Part shown: piece by piece, positions 20,084 through 31,201 of the stretch
How the letters are laid out: each line of letters starts with the position of its first letter
Numbering within the stretch: position 1 is the first letter of the stretch
Notes under the pieces: model-generated
Told to the model about the DNA's origin: nothing
Databases searched by the model: none
Seen by the model: only the letters and a program-made list of their open reading frames with translations
Made by a program: the position numbers and the translations under genes
Assembly: GCA_965214705.1 (NCBI GenBank)
Contig: CBDCCI010000002.1
Location: 1,696,001 to 1,760,000, forward strand
DNA length: 64,000 bases
Direction of reading: 5' to 3'
Source of the DNA: Alphaproteobacteria bacterium
Lineage (GTDB): Bacteria > Pseudomonadota > Alphaproteobacteria > UBA828

Positions 20084-21799
20084 ATGCCGAAGGTCACGCC
20101 CTCACCCCTCAGCAGCGCCGGTTCGCCGTCGCCTGCGGTGGTTTCGGCGGCGCTGGCGGCCCTGCATGCGGAGCTTGACGACGAGCGCGCGGCGCGCCGG
20201 GCGACGGAAGCAGCCCTATGCGAAGCGGAGCAGGCACGCGGCGCGGCGGAGGCGGCGAGGCAGACGGCGGAAGCGCGGGCGGCACGGCTGGAGGCCGAGA
20301 ACGCGCAGAGCGCGGAGCAGATCAGCCGGCTTGAGCATCTCAACAAGGAGCTCAGGAAGGCGCTGTTCGGTCCGCGCTCCGAGAAGCTCGGCGAGGACGA
20401 GCGCCAGCTTACGTTCGAGGAGTTTTGGGCGGCGATCGCTGAAGCCGGCGGTCGGCCCGAGGCAGATGACCAGGAGCAGGACGAGGGGGCTGGCGGCAAG
20501 CGCCGGCGGCGCTCTTCCCGGGGGTCGCGCAGCGGGGTGCGCTTCGGGCCCCAGGTCGACCGGCGCGAGGAGGTGATCGAGCCGGACACGATCATGTGCC
20601 CCTGCGGCTGCGGCGAGATGACGAAGATCGGCGAGGACCGCAGCGAGCGGCTGGACTATGAGCCGGCGAAGTTCACCGTCATCGAGACCGTGCGCCCCCG
20701 CTACGCCTGCAACAAGTGCAAGGGGGGCGGGGTGGTGCAGTCGCCGGCGCCGGCCGCTCTGGTCGAGGGCGGCCTTCCCACCGAGGCTCTTCTGGCGCAG
20801 GTGCTGATCGCGAAGTACGGCGATCATTGCCCGCTCTATCGCCAGTCGCAGATCTACGAGCGCTCGGGGATCGAGGTTCACCGTGCGACGCTGGCGACGT
20901 GGGTGGGCCAGGCGTCGTTTCACCTGCGCCCCGTGGTCGCTTGCCTGGAGGATGAGCTGAAGAAGTCGGATCACCTGGGTCTGGACGAGACCACGATCCG
21001 CGTTCTCGACCCGGGCCGGGGCAAGACGAAGACGGGCTACATGTGGACCCTTGTGCGTGACGAGCGCCACTGGAGCGGCACGGACCCGCCGGGCGTCGTC
21101 TATCGCTATGCGCCCGGCCGCGGCGGCAAGTATGGCGCCGAGCTTATGGAGGGCTTTTCGGGGACGGTGCAGCTCGACGGCTACTCGGGCCACAACATCC
21201 TGGCGCGGCCGGACCGGGCGGAAGGCCCTGTGACGCGGGCCCTCTGTTGGGCGCATGTAAGACGGAAGCTGAAAGAGGTATACGACTCGAGCGCATCGCC
21301 GATCGCGCTGGCCGGTCTGAATCGGATCGCGAAGCTCTATGCGATCGAGAAGAAGATCCGGGGCAAGCCGCCGGCGGAGCGCCGCGCGATCCGTTGGGAG
21401 GAGTCGGCGCCGATCGTGAACACCTTCGGTGTCTGGCTCGACGAGCAGCGCTCGCGCGTCTCACCGCGCTCGCGTCTCGGCGAGAAGCTGACCTATATCG
21501 CCAACCAGTGGGACGGGCTGCTGGAGTTCCTGCACGACGGTCGTGTCGAGATCGACTCGAACCTGGTGGAAAACCGAATCCGGCCGCTGAAGCTCACCGC
21601 CAAGAACGCGCTCTTCGCCGGCAACGACGAGGGTGCGCAAGCCTGGGCCCGCATCGCCTCGCTGATCGAGACCTGCAAGATGAACGGCGTCGAGCCCTAC
21701 GCCTGGATGCGGAGCACGCTCGAGAAGATCGCCAAGGGCCACCCGCAGTCGGGCATCCAGGAGCTTCTGCCGTGGAACTTCCAGCCCGAGGCAAAATGA
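20084..21799 (+). CDS. tnpC: IS66 transposase TnpC
   Basis: Leucine zipper, FGPRSEK, CPCGC, LDETT, LDGY, CWAHVRRK, IDSNLVENRIRP. Confidence 0.95.
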   Translation: MPKVTPSPLSSAGSPSPAVVSAALAALHAELDDERAARRATEAALCEAEQARGAAEAARQTAEARAARLEAENAQSAEQISRLEHLNKELRKALFGPRSEKLGEDERQLTFEEFWAAIAEAGGRPEADDQEQDEGAGGKRRRRSSRGSRSGVRFGPQVDRREEVIEPDTIMCPCGCGEMTKIGEDRSERLDYEPAKFTVIETVRPRYACNKCKGGGVVQSPAPAALVEGGLPTEALLAQVLIAKYGDHCPLYRQSQIYERSGIEVHRATLATWVGQASFHLRPVVACLEDELKKSDHLGLDETTIRVLDPGRGKTKTGYMWTLVRDERHWSGTDPPGVVYRYAPGRGGKYGAELMEGFSGTVQLDGYSGHNILARPDRAEGPVTRALCWAHVRRKLKEVYDSSASPIALAGLNRIAKLYAIEKKIRGKPPAERRAIRWEESAPIVNTFGVWLDEQRSRVSPRSRLGEKLTYIANQWDGLLEFLHDGRVEIDSNLVENRIRPLKLTAKNALFAGNDEGAQAWARIASLIETCKMNGVEPYAWMRSTLEKIAKGHPQSGIQELLPWNFQPEAK

Positions 21800-21887
21800 C
21801 TCGCGCGCTCACGGCGCTCCTCAAGAAATCCCCGTCGTAGTCAAGCCAGATTCCGGTATGGGGTCTGCGTACCGCTTACAATACAGG

Positions 21888-22200
21888 AGGTTCCGACGTG
21901 GTCGGACGCGGCCGCGGAGGATGCCGGGCAAGGCGTGTGACCGGGCAAGAGTTGGGTCGCCGCTTGGCACCGTTCTACAGATGGGTCCCGCCTCCCGGAA
22001 CGTCACCACCGCTTGGATGCGGTATTGGGGTCACGGAGCCGGCAAGCGCCGGAGTTCCGAACCGGATAAGAGCTGAGCAGCGTGGCGGATCGCTGCGTGG
22101 AAACGACGTTCTGCCTGGACATCGGCCGCGGATTCGAGTGGAGAGATTGCGAATGCCATTGACGTAGATGAAGCCGGGCCTTGCGGAGAGAGCTCATAAG
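21888..22200 (+). ncRNA. Putative bridge/seekRNA of the IS1111-type element
   Basis: ~310-bp non-coding right end with four short segments matching target and donor junction halves (see findings). Boundaries approximate. Confidence 0.65.
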
Positions 22201-23882
22201 AACTCCTGCCGCAACCGCCACTGCCCCACCTGCCAGGGTCTCGCCGCCAACCTCTGGAGCGAGGAGCGCGCCGGGGACATCCTGCCGGTGCCCTACTTCC
22301 ATGTGGTCTTCACCCTGCCCAAGGAGGTTGCCGCCATTGCCTTCTGCAACCGCAGGGTGGTGTTCGACATCCTCTTCCGGGCCGTCGCCGAGACCCTGCG
22401 CACCATCGCCGCCGATCCCCGCCACGGCGGCATGCGCATCGGCGGCACCGCGGTCCTCCATACCTGGGATCAGAAGCTCCGCTTCCACCCGCACCTGCAC
22501 GTGGTCGTGCCCAACGCGGGCTTCGACGTAGACAGTGGCGAGTGGAAGACGGGGAGCACCACCTTCCTCGCCCCCGTCAAGGTCCTCGGCAGCCTGTTCC
22601 GCCGCCTCTTCCTCGAGGAGCTCGCCCGCGCCCACGGCCGGGGGGACCTGGAGTTCCACGGCACCCTCGCCCACCTCGCCAATCCCGGCGAGTTCCACGC
22701 CACGCTTGCCGCCGCCCGGGCCAGGGACTGGGTGGTCTACGCCAAGCGGCCCTTCCGCGGGCCTGAGCAGGTCTTCCGGTACCTCTCGCACTACACGCAC
22801 AGGATCGCCATCTCCGACAGCCGCATCGTCTCCTTCGACGGCGAGACGGTCTCCTTCCGCCACCGAAAGCCCAAGGCGCCGGGGCAGAGAAAGCCGCGCT
22901 ACGGCATCGCCACCGTGAGCGCCGACGAGTTCATCCGCCGCTTCCTGAGGCACGTCCTGCCGGACGGCATGCACCGCATTCGCTACTTCGGCATCCTCGC
23001 CAACGGCTGCCGCGCCAGCACGCTGGAGAGAGCACGCCAGGCTCTCGGCGCCCTCGGCTGCGCCGCCCCCGAGGGAAGCGTGGACGGCGCTCGGGCCGAG
23101 CCCGACGAAGAGCCCGAGATCGGCACCGCGCCCGTGGCCTGCCCCCACTGCGGCGGCGTCATGCGCCTCGTCCGCGAAATCCGCCGCCGCCATGAGCCCC
23201 GCTCGACGCGCGGCCCGCCGGCGCTGCCGCCGACCCACAGGGGGAAACCGTGAGACGCCCGCTCGCTTCGGCCCCGCGCAACGGCGCCAAAGCGCCGACG
23301 CACGACCGAACCTGTCTCCGCTTGAGCCGGGCTGACAGCCCTCGGCTCACACCCCGCTCAGTCCTCGCAGCGTGCGCCCGCATGCCTGCCGAAAGACCGG
23401 CGCGAGCGTCGATTTTATGCGCAACTCTGCTGCCGGTGGATGCCGCCTGACGCTGACATCAGCGCACTTTCCACATAGCTCAACTTCGCCTCTCGTGGCC
23501 CGCGGCTTCGTTCAAAAGGGTTGGGCAGGCTCTCGAGAGAGAGCCTGCCCAACCCTTAACCTTGCCGGGGCGCAGGAGGACCGCCACCGGCTTGCCGCTT
23601 TCCACGTGATAGACGTGGATGGGGAGGAAGCAGCGGGTGTCGTAATGAGCGTTGAACGAAGCCGCTACGCGGAGTTAGCGGCGTAGAGTTCATTCATTTC
23701 CGAGGCGTCGCGGGTGCCGTTTGTTCTGTGCGTTCGCTTCCCGGTTGCGTCAGTGGCGCTCCGCCCGTCGGGTGGCGGATCCCCAGCAGCCTCCCGATCA
23801 CCAGTGGTTAGCATCGACCCCTGCGACGGACCGTCGCCGGATCGGTCCGGCGGCGCGCCGTCGCGATCCAGGGAGATCGATA

Positions 23883-24761
23883 ATGACCGGGACCGCGTGC
23901 GACACGAACACCGTCACCCCTCTTCGCCAGCGCATGGAGGAGCAGCTCCGCATCGCCAATCTGGCCGCGAGCACGTCCAAGGCCTACATCTGCGAGATCA
24001 AGAACCTGGCCAGGTACTACGACGCCTCGCCGGACGAGCTCGACGCCGAGCAGGTGCGCCAGTGGTACCTGGGGCGGATCGACAAGGGGCTCAGTCCGGG
24101 CACGACCAACGTCTCCTTCGCCGCGCTGAACTTCCTCTACATCGACACACTCGGCTGGCCTGACCATGTCGCCGGCCTGCGCTCCCGCAAGAAGCCCGGC
24201 AAGCTGCCGCGCTACATGTCGGAGCAGGAGGTCGAGCACCTCATCCTTGCGACACCCGACCTCCGCCACCGTGCTGCCATTGTCACCGGCTATGGCGGCG
24301 GGCTCCGCATCTCCGAGACCTTGGCCATCAAGGTCGGCGACATCCTGTCGGAGAAGAAGCTGCTGCACATCCCCTCCGGCAAAGGCGGCACCGAGAGAAT
24401 GGCACCGTTGCCGGACATCGTCATCCACTACTTGCGCGTCTACTACAGGAACATCTGGCCGCGTCCGACGAGCTGGCTCTTCTACGGCGTCTCGCTCGAC
24501 AGGCCCATCGCAACGGAGACCTTGCAGGCCGCCTTCAGGAGGGCGCGCGACATTGCCGAGCTCGACCGCAGCTACACCTTCCATTGCCTGCGCCATTCGG
24601 CGGCGACCCATCTCCTCGAGCGCGGCGGCGATATCGAGGTGATCCGGGACATGCTCGGCCATCGAAGCGCGAACACGACCCGTCACTACGCCCGCGTCAC
24701 CGGCAAGATGTTCGAGGGCCTCGACCACCCGATCTCAGGCTTCGCAGCGTTGCGCAACTGA
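23883..24761 (+). CDS. Tyrosine recombinase (copy 3)
   Basis: Same protein as 6579-7457. Confidence 0.95.
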   Translation: MTGTACDTNTVTPLRQRMEEQLRIANLAASTSKAYICEIKNLARYYDASPDELDAEQVRQWYLGRIDKGLSPGTTNVSFAALNFLYIDTLGWPDHVAGLRSRKKPGKLPRYMSEQEVEHLILATPDLRHRAAIVTGYGGGLRISETLAIKVGDILSEKKLLHIPSGKGGTERMAPLPDIVIHYLRVYYRNIWPRPTSWLFYGVSLDRPIATETLQAAFRRARDIAELDRSYTFHCLRHSAATHLLERGGDIEVIRDMLGHRSANTTRHYARVTGKMFEGLDHPISGFAALRN

Positions 24762-25502
24762 CGGCGCGTGGAGGCCGAACGCGCGGGCGTGGCGGAGATC
24801 TTCCGCCGCGCCGGCGCCGCTTTCCGTGAGCGCCACAAAGGGCGCATCGACGCCGCCCGGCTCAAGGTCATGGGCGCCATCGAGGCGTGCCGCACCGCCG
24901 TGCTCGGCGGCCACATGTACGCCTGCGAGGGCTGCGGGCGCGAGCATCCGCTCTTCAACTCCTGCCGCAACCGCCACTGCCCCACCTGCCAGGGTCTCGC
25001 CGCCAACCTCTGGAGCGAGGAGCGCGCCGGGGACATCCTGCCGGTGCCCTACTTCCATGTGGTCTTCACCCTGCCCAAGGAGGTTGCCGCCATTGCCTTC
25101 TGCAACCGCAGGGTGGTGTGGTCCTAAACTTGATATTATTGGGGTACGTCAGGTAGTGGAGTGGGTCGTTTTCTCTCCTGCATATGTGTTACATTACAGG
25201 TGATTGGTTCGTTTCGCAAGAGGATTGTGGCGGCTCTTATCTGATATAAAATTTTGTGCCGTGAACCGATCAGTTGCATTTTGGGAAGTGAAGGCGTATG
25301 TCAGGAGCGGTGAGTCTGTCATTGCGGAGACACGCACGATGGATATTCGTGCTTGTAGAGGGTATAAGGCGGTGGGTATTCGTGACGTATGCGGATGGGC
25401 GGTTCGTAACTGTTTTATATGGTGTTATGCAGGTGGTTTCGGCACGAACGCGGGTCCTTCGAGGTTTGTCACGCAGTATTGCACCGTCCCCGGGGTGCCC
25501 TC

Positions 25503-25812
25503 ATGAGCCGCCGGCCGGTGGAGCGCCGCAAACAGCACGCGGTAATGGCGACGGCGAGCGAGTGGGTGCGAATCCGCGAACTCGCGGCCGACGCAGGCAT
25601 GGATCTCTCGCGCTACATCGTGCACAGGGCGAGCGCGCCGGACCCGCTGCCGGATAGCGTTCTGCGCCGCGCGGTGCGCGAGCTTCTGCTGCTCGCGAAG
25701 ATCGAGCAGCAGCGTATGGCCGACATGGGGCTGGAGGAGCGCTGGAAGGCGCTCGGCGATGCCGTCGACGCGTGGCTCGACCGCGAGGCGGAGCTCGACC
25801 GGCTGATCGATC
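25503..25812 (+). pseudogene. Small ribbon-helix-helix (MobC-like) protein, cut by IS66
   Basis: RRKQHAVMATASEWVRIRELAADAGMDLSRYIVHRA; paralogue at 37124. Confidence 0.6.
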
Positions 25813-28227
25813 GTAAGCGGTATTGGGCCCCCATACTTCCAGCGAATCTGATTTCGGGGCTGACTCTCCGCCTTGACCACGAGCCACACAGGAGAGATCG
25901 CGATGACAGATTCGATTTTGGCATCTGGCGACGGTGTCGCTGTTGCTTCGGTTGAGATCCCAGCTTCTGAGGGAGCCGCCCCGGCTCCGTCTGAGCCGGC
26001 CCCCATGCGACGCTGGCCGGACGATGAGAAGGCGCGGATTGTCTCGGAGAGCTTTGAGCCGGGCTCTTCGGTTGCGGCGGTCGCGCGCCGCCATGGCGTC
26101 AGCGATACGACCCTGACCAAGTGGCGGCGGCGCGCGCGGGAGGGAACTCTTCCGGGCGCTCGGATTGGTGGCTCTGCACCGCCATTTGTTCCCGTGGTGG
26201 TTGATAGCGTGACGTCCGAGCGGACGGTGGCGATCGAGGCGCTGGGCGTCGTCGTGCGGCTTCCGGTGGAGAGCGCGGTCGATCGGATCGTGGCGGTGGC
26301 CTCGGGCCTGGGCCGGGCGTCGTCATGATCGCGGCCCCCTCGCTTCGCATCGTGCTGGCGACGCGGCCGGTTGATTTTCGTCGCGGCCACGACGCGCTTG
26401 CGGCGACGGCGGCGGGGGAGCTGGACCTCGATATCTATTCCGGGGTGATCGTGATCTTCCGCTCGCGCCGCGGCGACAGGCTCAAGCTCCTTGCGTGGGA
26501 CGGCAGCGGTCTGGTGATGACCTACAAGCGTCTGGAGCAGGGCCGCTTCGCCTGGCCCCGGATCGAGGATGGTGTGATGCGCCTTACGAAGGGCCAGTTC
26601 GAGGCCCTGTTCGAGGGCCTTGACTGGCGCCGGGTCAAGGCCCTCCCGGTTCGCCGCCCGCTGGCGGCGGAGTGAGGCGGCACGCAGGCGGGGCCGCAGA
26701 TTTCGGTCGCGGTCCCGCCTGCACTTTTCCCTGGTCATGCATTGGCGAATCGGATTAAGGGATCGGCCATGCCGAAGGTCACGCCCTCACCCCTCAGCAG
26801 CGCCGGTTGGCCGTCGCCTGCGGTGGTTTCGGCGGCGCTGGCGGCCCTGCATGCGGAGCTTGACGACGAGCGCGCGGCGCGCCGGGCGACGGAAGCAGCC
26901 CTATGCGAAGCGGAGCAGGCACGCGGCGCGGCGGAGGCGGCGAGGCAGACGGCGGAAGCGCGGGCGGCACGGCTGGAGGCCGAGAACGCGCACAGCGCGG
27001 AGCAGATCAGCCGGCTTGAGCATCTCAACAAGGAACTCAGGAAGGCGCTGTTCGGTCCGCGCTCCGAGAAGCTCAACGAGGACGAGCGCCAGCTTACGTT
27101 CGAGGAGTTTTGGGCGGCGATCGCTGAAGCCGGCGGTCGGCCCGAGGCAGATGACCAGGAGCAGGACGAGGGGGCTGGCGGCAAGCGCCGGCGGCGCTCT
27201 TCCCGGGGGTCGCGCAGCGGGGTGCGCTTCGGGCCCCAGGTCGACCGGCGCGAGGAGGTGATCGAGCCGGACACGATCATGTGCCCCTGCGGCTGCGGCG
27301 AGATGACGAAGATCGGCGAGGACCGAGTGCAGCGAGACTAGCTGCTGTGCTTGCAGGTGAAAGTCCTGCCGGCGCAATTCTCAGTTTGGCGCCGTAGTCA
27401 TATCCGGCAGGCATCTGGGGCGACCCGATGACCTGAAAGCCCGGACGGAAAAGCCTCGGGGGGCCGGGGAACCCAGTGGGTCCCAAGGTCTGGTCAGCTC
27501 GGTGAGGCGAGCGAACAGGAGGGCCGCAGCGAAAGCGAACGGACTAGACGCCGAAAATGCCGATCCGCATGAAGCTGATTCGAGCGGGACTATTGGAGCT
27601 GCCAAGGGTTTCTGTGGTCTACCCGATGGCCAGTGCCGATGCGGAAGAACTGAGGCGCACGTATCGGGGCTCCCGGCGTAAGCTGATGGTGGCAATTCTG
27701 GAAAGCACAGTAGTGAAAGTCCGGAAGGTGTGGAGGTTGGACAGGATGACCCTACGAATGTCGAAGACCGTCGCTATAACCGGGCGATCCGGGAAATGAG
27801 ACGGAGATCTTCACACTGGCGGATGAGGTCGCCAAGCGTAGAGGGGCGGGACAACATAACCCGTCCTGAGCGAGGACCTCTGGGCACAGGTGGGCGACGC
27901 CGTAGCAGGCAATCCGCACACAGAGGCGGGCTAACGTGCCGCGCAGGGTGGCGTCTTGAGGACGGAGTAAACGTGGGTCTCGTTCGGGGGCATGGCGGGG
28001 TCGGCCTTAATCCCGGCGGTCCTGCGGAAGGCTCCGCTCCAAACTTCGCGGTGCCTGTTGCTTGAAGCCGTACCGTGGGAAAACCCGATGTACGGAATTT
28101 TAGGGGGGGCGGCTGGAAACGTGGCCTACGGCGGAACTGTGACCCCACCCTGCAACCGAAAGGGCAGGGATGGAAACCCTCCGCCTACGGGTGCGCGCGC
28201 CAGTGCCCTACCCGACAGCGAGCGGCT
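25813..28227 (+). mobile_element. IS66 second copy, truncated (tnpA 25903-26328, tnpB 26325-26675, tnpC from 26769 interrupted)
   Basis: Starts GTAAGCGGTA; near-identical to 19128 onward; tnpC broken by the intron and then by an IS110 end. Confidence 0.92.
27327..28216 (+). ncRNA. ORF-less group II intron, 890 nt (alternative register 27326-28215)
   Basis: 5' GTGCAGCG; domain V GAAGCCGTACCGTGGGAAAACCCGATGTACGG (~28064-28100) with AGC triad; extended domain VI ending CCCTACCCGAC. Flanks rejoin tnpC (ED-R-SERL). Confidence 0.88.
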
Positions 28228-28521
28228 TCCGTAATGGGGCGGTTGATGTCAAGCACCGATCTTCACAACGTTCCGGCCTGGCACGGCCATTCGAACATGG
28301 GGCACCGTCGCCTGCGGTTGGGCCTCTCGCAGGCATGGTCAACATGATCGACACAGGTGGTTGCCTTGGCGGCTTCCGTAATGGGGCGGTTGATGTCAAG
28401 CACCGATCTTCACAACGTTCCGGCCTGGCACGGCCATTCGAACATGGGGCACCGTCGCCTGCGGTTGGGCCTCTCGCAGGCATGGTCACCATGATAGACA
28501 CAGGTGGTTGCCTTGGCGGCT
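28222..28521. repeat. 147-bp tandem duplication (2 units, 2 SNPs) of an IS110 right end
   Basis: Units start at 28222 and 28369; a partial third GCGGCT at 28516. Confidence 0.92.
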
Positions 28522-28982
28522 AACGGGCTCGTCGACGCGGCACGGTGAAGGAAGCGGGACCCCCGGATATGTCCCCGTCGCCAGGCTCTCGCTTCCGTCC
28601 GTGGTCAGCGCAGAGCGGCTGCCAACTTCATGCCTGGTGCAAGACGATTCCCGAGTGCCGATCTGGTGTGCGTGCTCGAACGCCAAGAGGCGATTCGGCA
28701 ACAGCCGCTAGCACGTGCATCATCGGGAACCGCGTCCCGGCGAGGGGATAGCGGTGGATCGCCACCTTCAGGCGCGGCTCTTTCCTCCTCTCGCTGCTGA
28801 TTGCCGGTGGGATGCAGCCGCGCCTATGCCGTCTGGAGCGCCATCGCCTCCTCGCGCGTGAAGCGGAACTCGGTGCCGTCCCGCCACATCCGGTGAAGTA
28901 CCACGCCGATGCGCCGGGCCAAGGCGACGGTCGCCCGCTTCTTGCCGCGGAGCTTCGCCAGACGCAGCGTCCAGGCCTTCAG
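28226..28982 (-). pseudogene. IS110/IS1111-type remnant: transposase C-terminus (28982->28824) plus long right non-coding end
   Basis: LKAWTLRLAKLRGKKRATVALARRIGVVLHRMWRDGTEF; terminal CTTGACATCAACCGCCCCATTACGGAAG. Confidence 0.82.
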
Positions 28983-29012
28983 ATCCTATGGGGCCGACTC
29001 GGAGACCGGCAC

Positions 29013-31201
29013 TACGGTGTCGTTCTCGCTAGACCTCATCAGGAGACAAGAGATGTCCCCAACGAACGCAGGGCGGATTTGTACTTCAGCCTTTGGCTAG
29101 GCCGGCCAGCGAGTTGCCTGAAATAGTGGACTTGCTCCCCGTGTCCTGATATGAGTGCCGCGAGGCAGCCGTGGGGACTGGCAAGCTGTGGCAGCTCTAT
29201 CGGAGGTGGCGGTCGACATCGTGGCGGCGGAGGACGAGGCCCGCTTCCGCGACTTGATGCAGACACACCACTACCTCGGCGCGGTGCCGGGGATGGGCGA
29301 GACCGTGCGCTATGTCGCGCACCATCGAGGGCGATGGCTGGCGTTGGCGGTCTTCTCGGCACCGGCGCTGAAGTGCGGTGCGCGCGATCGCTGGATTGGC
29401 TGGGACCGCGGCCTTCAGTTCGGTCGTCTTCACCTGGTCACCAACAACTCGCGCTTCCTGATCCTGCCCGGCGGTCCGCGCAATCTCGGCTCGCGGGTGC
29501 TGTCTTTGTGCACGCGCCGTCTGGTGAGGGATTGGCCGATCCGCTTCGGTCACGACGTGCTGCTGGCGGAGACGTTCGTGGACCCGGCGCTCTTCCGGGG
29601 CACGGTCTACCGCGCGGCCAACTGGATCGAGGTCGGGCGCACCCGCGGCTTCGCTCGCGGCGGGGCCGGCTACAGCGAGCACGCACGGCCCAAGCGCGTG
29701 TTCCTTCTTCCCCTGTCCCGCACCGCGCGGGCCCGGCTGCGGGCCGACGATCTCGACCCCCGTCTGCGACATGGAGTGCCGAAGATGACGCTCACCGCCG
29801 CACAGATGCGATCCCTCCCCGAGTTCTTCCAGGGCATCGACGATCCCCGCCGCCGCCAGGGCCGGCGCCATGCGCTGCCCACGGTACTGGCGCTCGCCGC
29901 CGCCGCGACGTTCTGTGGCATGCGCGGCTACAAGGCGATCAGCGAATGGGTCGACGACCTCAGTCCCAGGGTGCTGCAGCGCTTCCGCGTGCGCCGCCGC
30001 GACGGCCGGTACCGCCCGCCCAGCCTGTCGGCGATGCGCAGCCTGCTGATCCGCGTCGATCCGGTCCAGCTCGACGCCGCGCTCAGGGCCTGGCACGAGG
30101 CCCACGGCTCGGGCGACAGCGCGCTGGCCATCGACGGCAAGACCATCCGCGGCGCCATCGATGACGATGGCAGGCAGGCTCATGTGCTCGGCATCATAGG
30201 CCACGACACCAAGGCGCCCCGGGGGCAAAAAAAATCGGCATGAGGCCCGACGCCAACGAAGGGGAGAAGCGCACCAACGAGATCGGCACCATCATCCCCC
30301 TGCTCGAGACGGTGCCCGACATCGCGGGTCGCACCGTCACCGCCGATGCTCTGCTCACCCAGCGGGCGCTGGCCTCCTAATCTGCGCGACCGCGGCGCCG
30401 ACTATCTGTTCACCGTCAAGGGCAACCAGCCCACCTTGCTCGACGACATCCGGCTCACTCTCGACGAGGCCATCGCAGGCCGCGCGCCGGACTTCGCGGA
30501 CGAGAGCCCCAAGCCCGAGCATGGCCGCCGCGAGCGGCGCTCCATCTGGGTCTCCAGCGAGCTCAACGACTACCTCAACTTCCCCGGCGTCGGACAGATC
30601 TTCGCCGTGCGGCGCGAAACCCGGCACGTCAAATCCGGCAAGAGAAGCTGCGAGACGGCTTACGGCGTCACCAGCCTGAGTGCGCAGGCCGCATCGCCGG
30701 AACGCCTGCTCACCCTCAATCGCGGGCACTGGACCATCGAGGCGACCCATCACATCCTCGACTGGAGCTTCGACGAGGACCGATGCCGTATCCGTTCAGG
30801 CTACGGTCCGGAGAACATGACCCTGCTGCGGCGCTTCGCCATCGGCGTTATCAAGGGGCGCGGGCTCGCCGTCGCCGAGACCATGCGCAATCTGGCCAGG
30901 AAACCGAGGCGGGTTCTCGACTTCCTGAAAATGACCGACAACGTCGCTCCGAGGACAGCGCCCAGCTGACCGCCCCCTCCGGGCCGCGTCCATCGCCGCG
31001 ACGCCAACCCTCGGAACGCCGGGGGCGAGCGGTCATGTCCAGATGAAGCCGTGCTCGACTCTCGCGGCCAAGGGCAGCGCTATGCGGCGGCGCCATGGCG
31101 GCCAAATCCGGTGGCCAGCCCCGCAAGGTCCTCAACGAAAGCGCGTGGAGCATGATTGAGTGCCGTCAGCCAGCGGCGAAAATCAGAACGATTTTGCCGT
31201 G
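29013..31201 (+). mobile_element. ISAs1-family element with N-terminal DUF4338 (DruA-like) domain; ORFs 29155-30243 and ~30240-30969, frameshifted
   Basis: HHYLG..GETVRYV..RDRWIGW..NNSRFLILP..NLGSRVL..ETFVDP..GTVYRAANW, then DDPRRRQGRRH, AIDGKT, VKGNQPTL, HGRRERR, RGHWTIE. A8 run at 30227-30234 and a second break near 30378. Confidence 0.85.

Larger units (their letters stand above)
19128..21879 (+). mobile_element. IS66-family element, complete
   Basis: GTAAGCGGTA...TACCGCTTAC with 8-bp TSD AATACAGG (19120-19127, 21880-21887). Confidence 0.96.
17791..22200 (+). mobile_element. IS110/IS1111-type element with long right non-coding end; contains a nested IS66
   Basis: Inserted in CTCTTC|AACTCC with no duplication; subterminal IR ATGAGC/GCTCAT. 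Confidence 0.9.
16486..23561 (+). mobile_element. Tyrosine recombinase + IS91-like element, copy 2; transposase split (17602-17790 / 22201-23253) by IS110
   Basis: 7,076 bp = 2,666 + 4,410-bp insert. Confidence 0.95.

Noticed and set aside
28222-28521. Possible CRISPR array
   Set aside because: Two contiguous 147-bp units with no spacers and no cas genes; explained as an IS110 end duplication.
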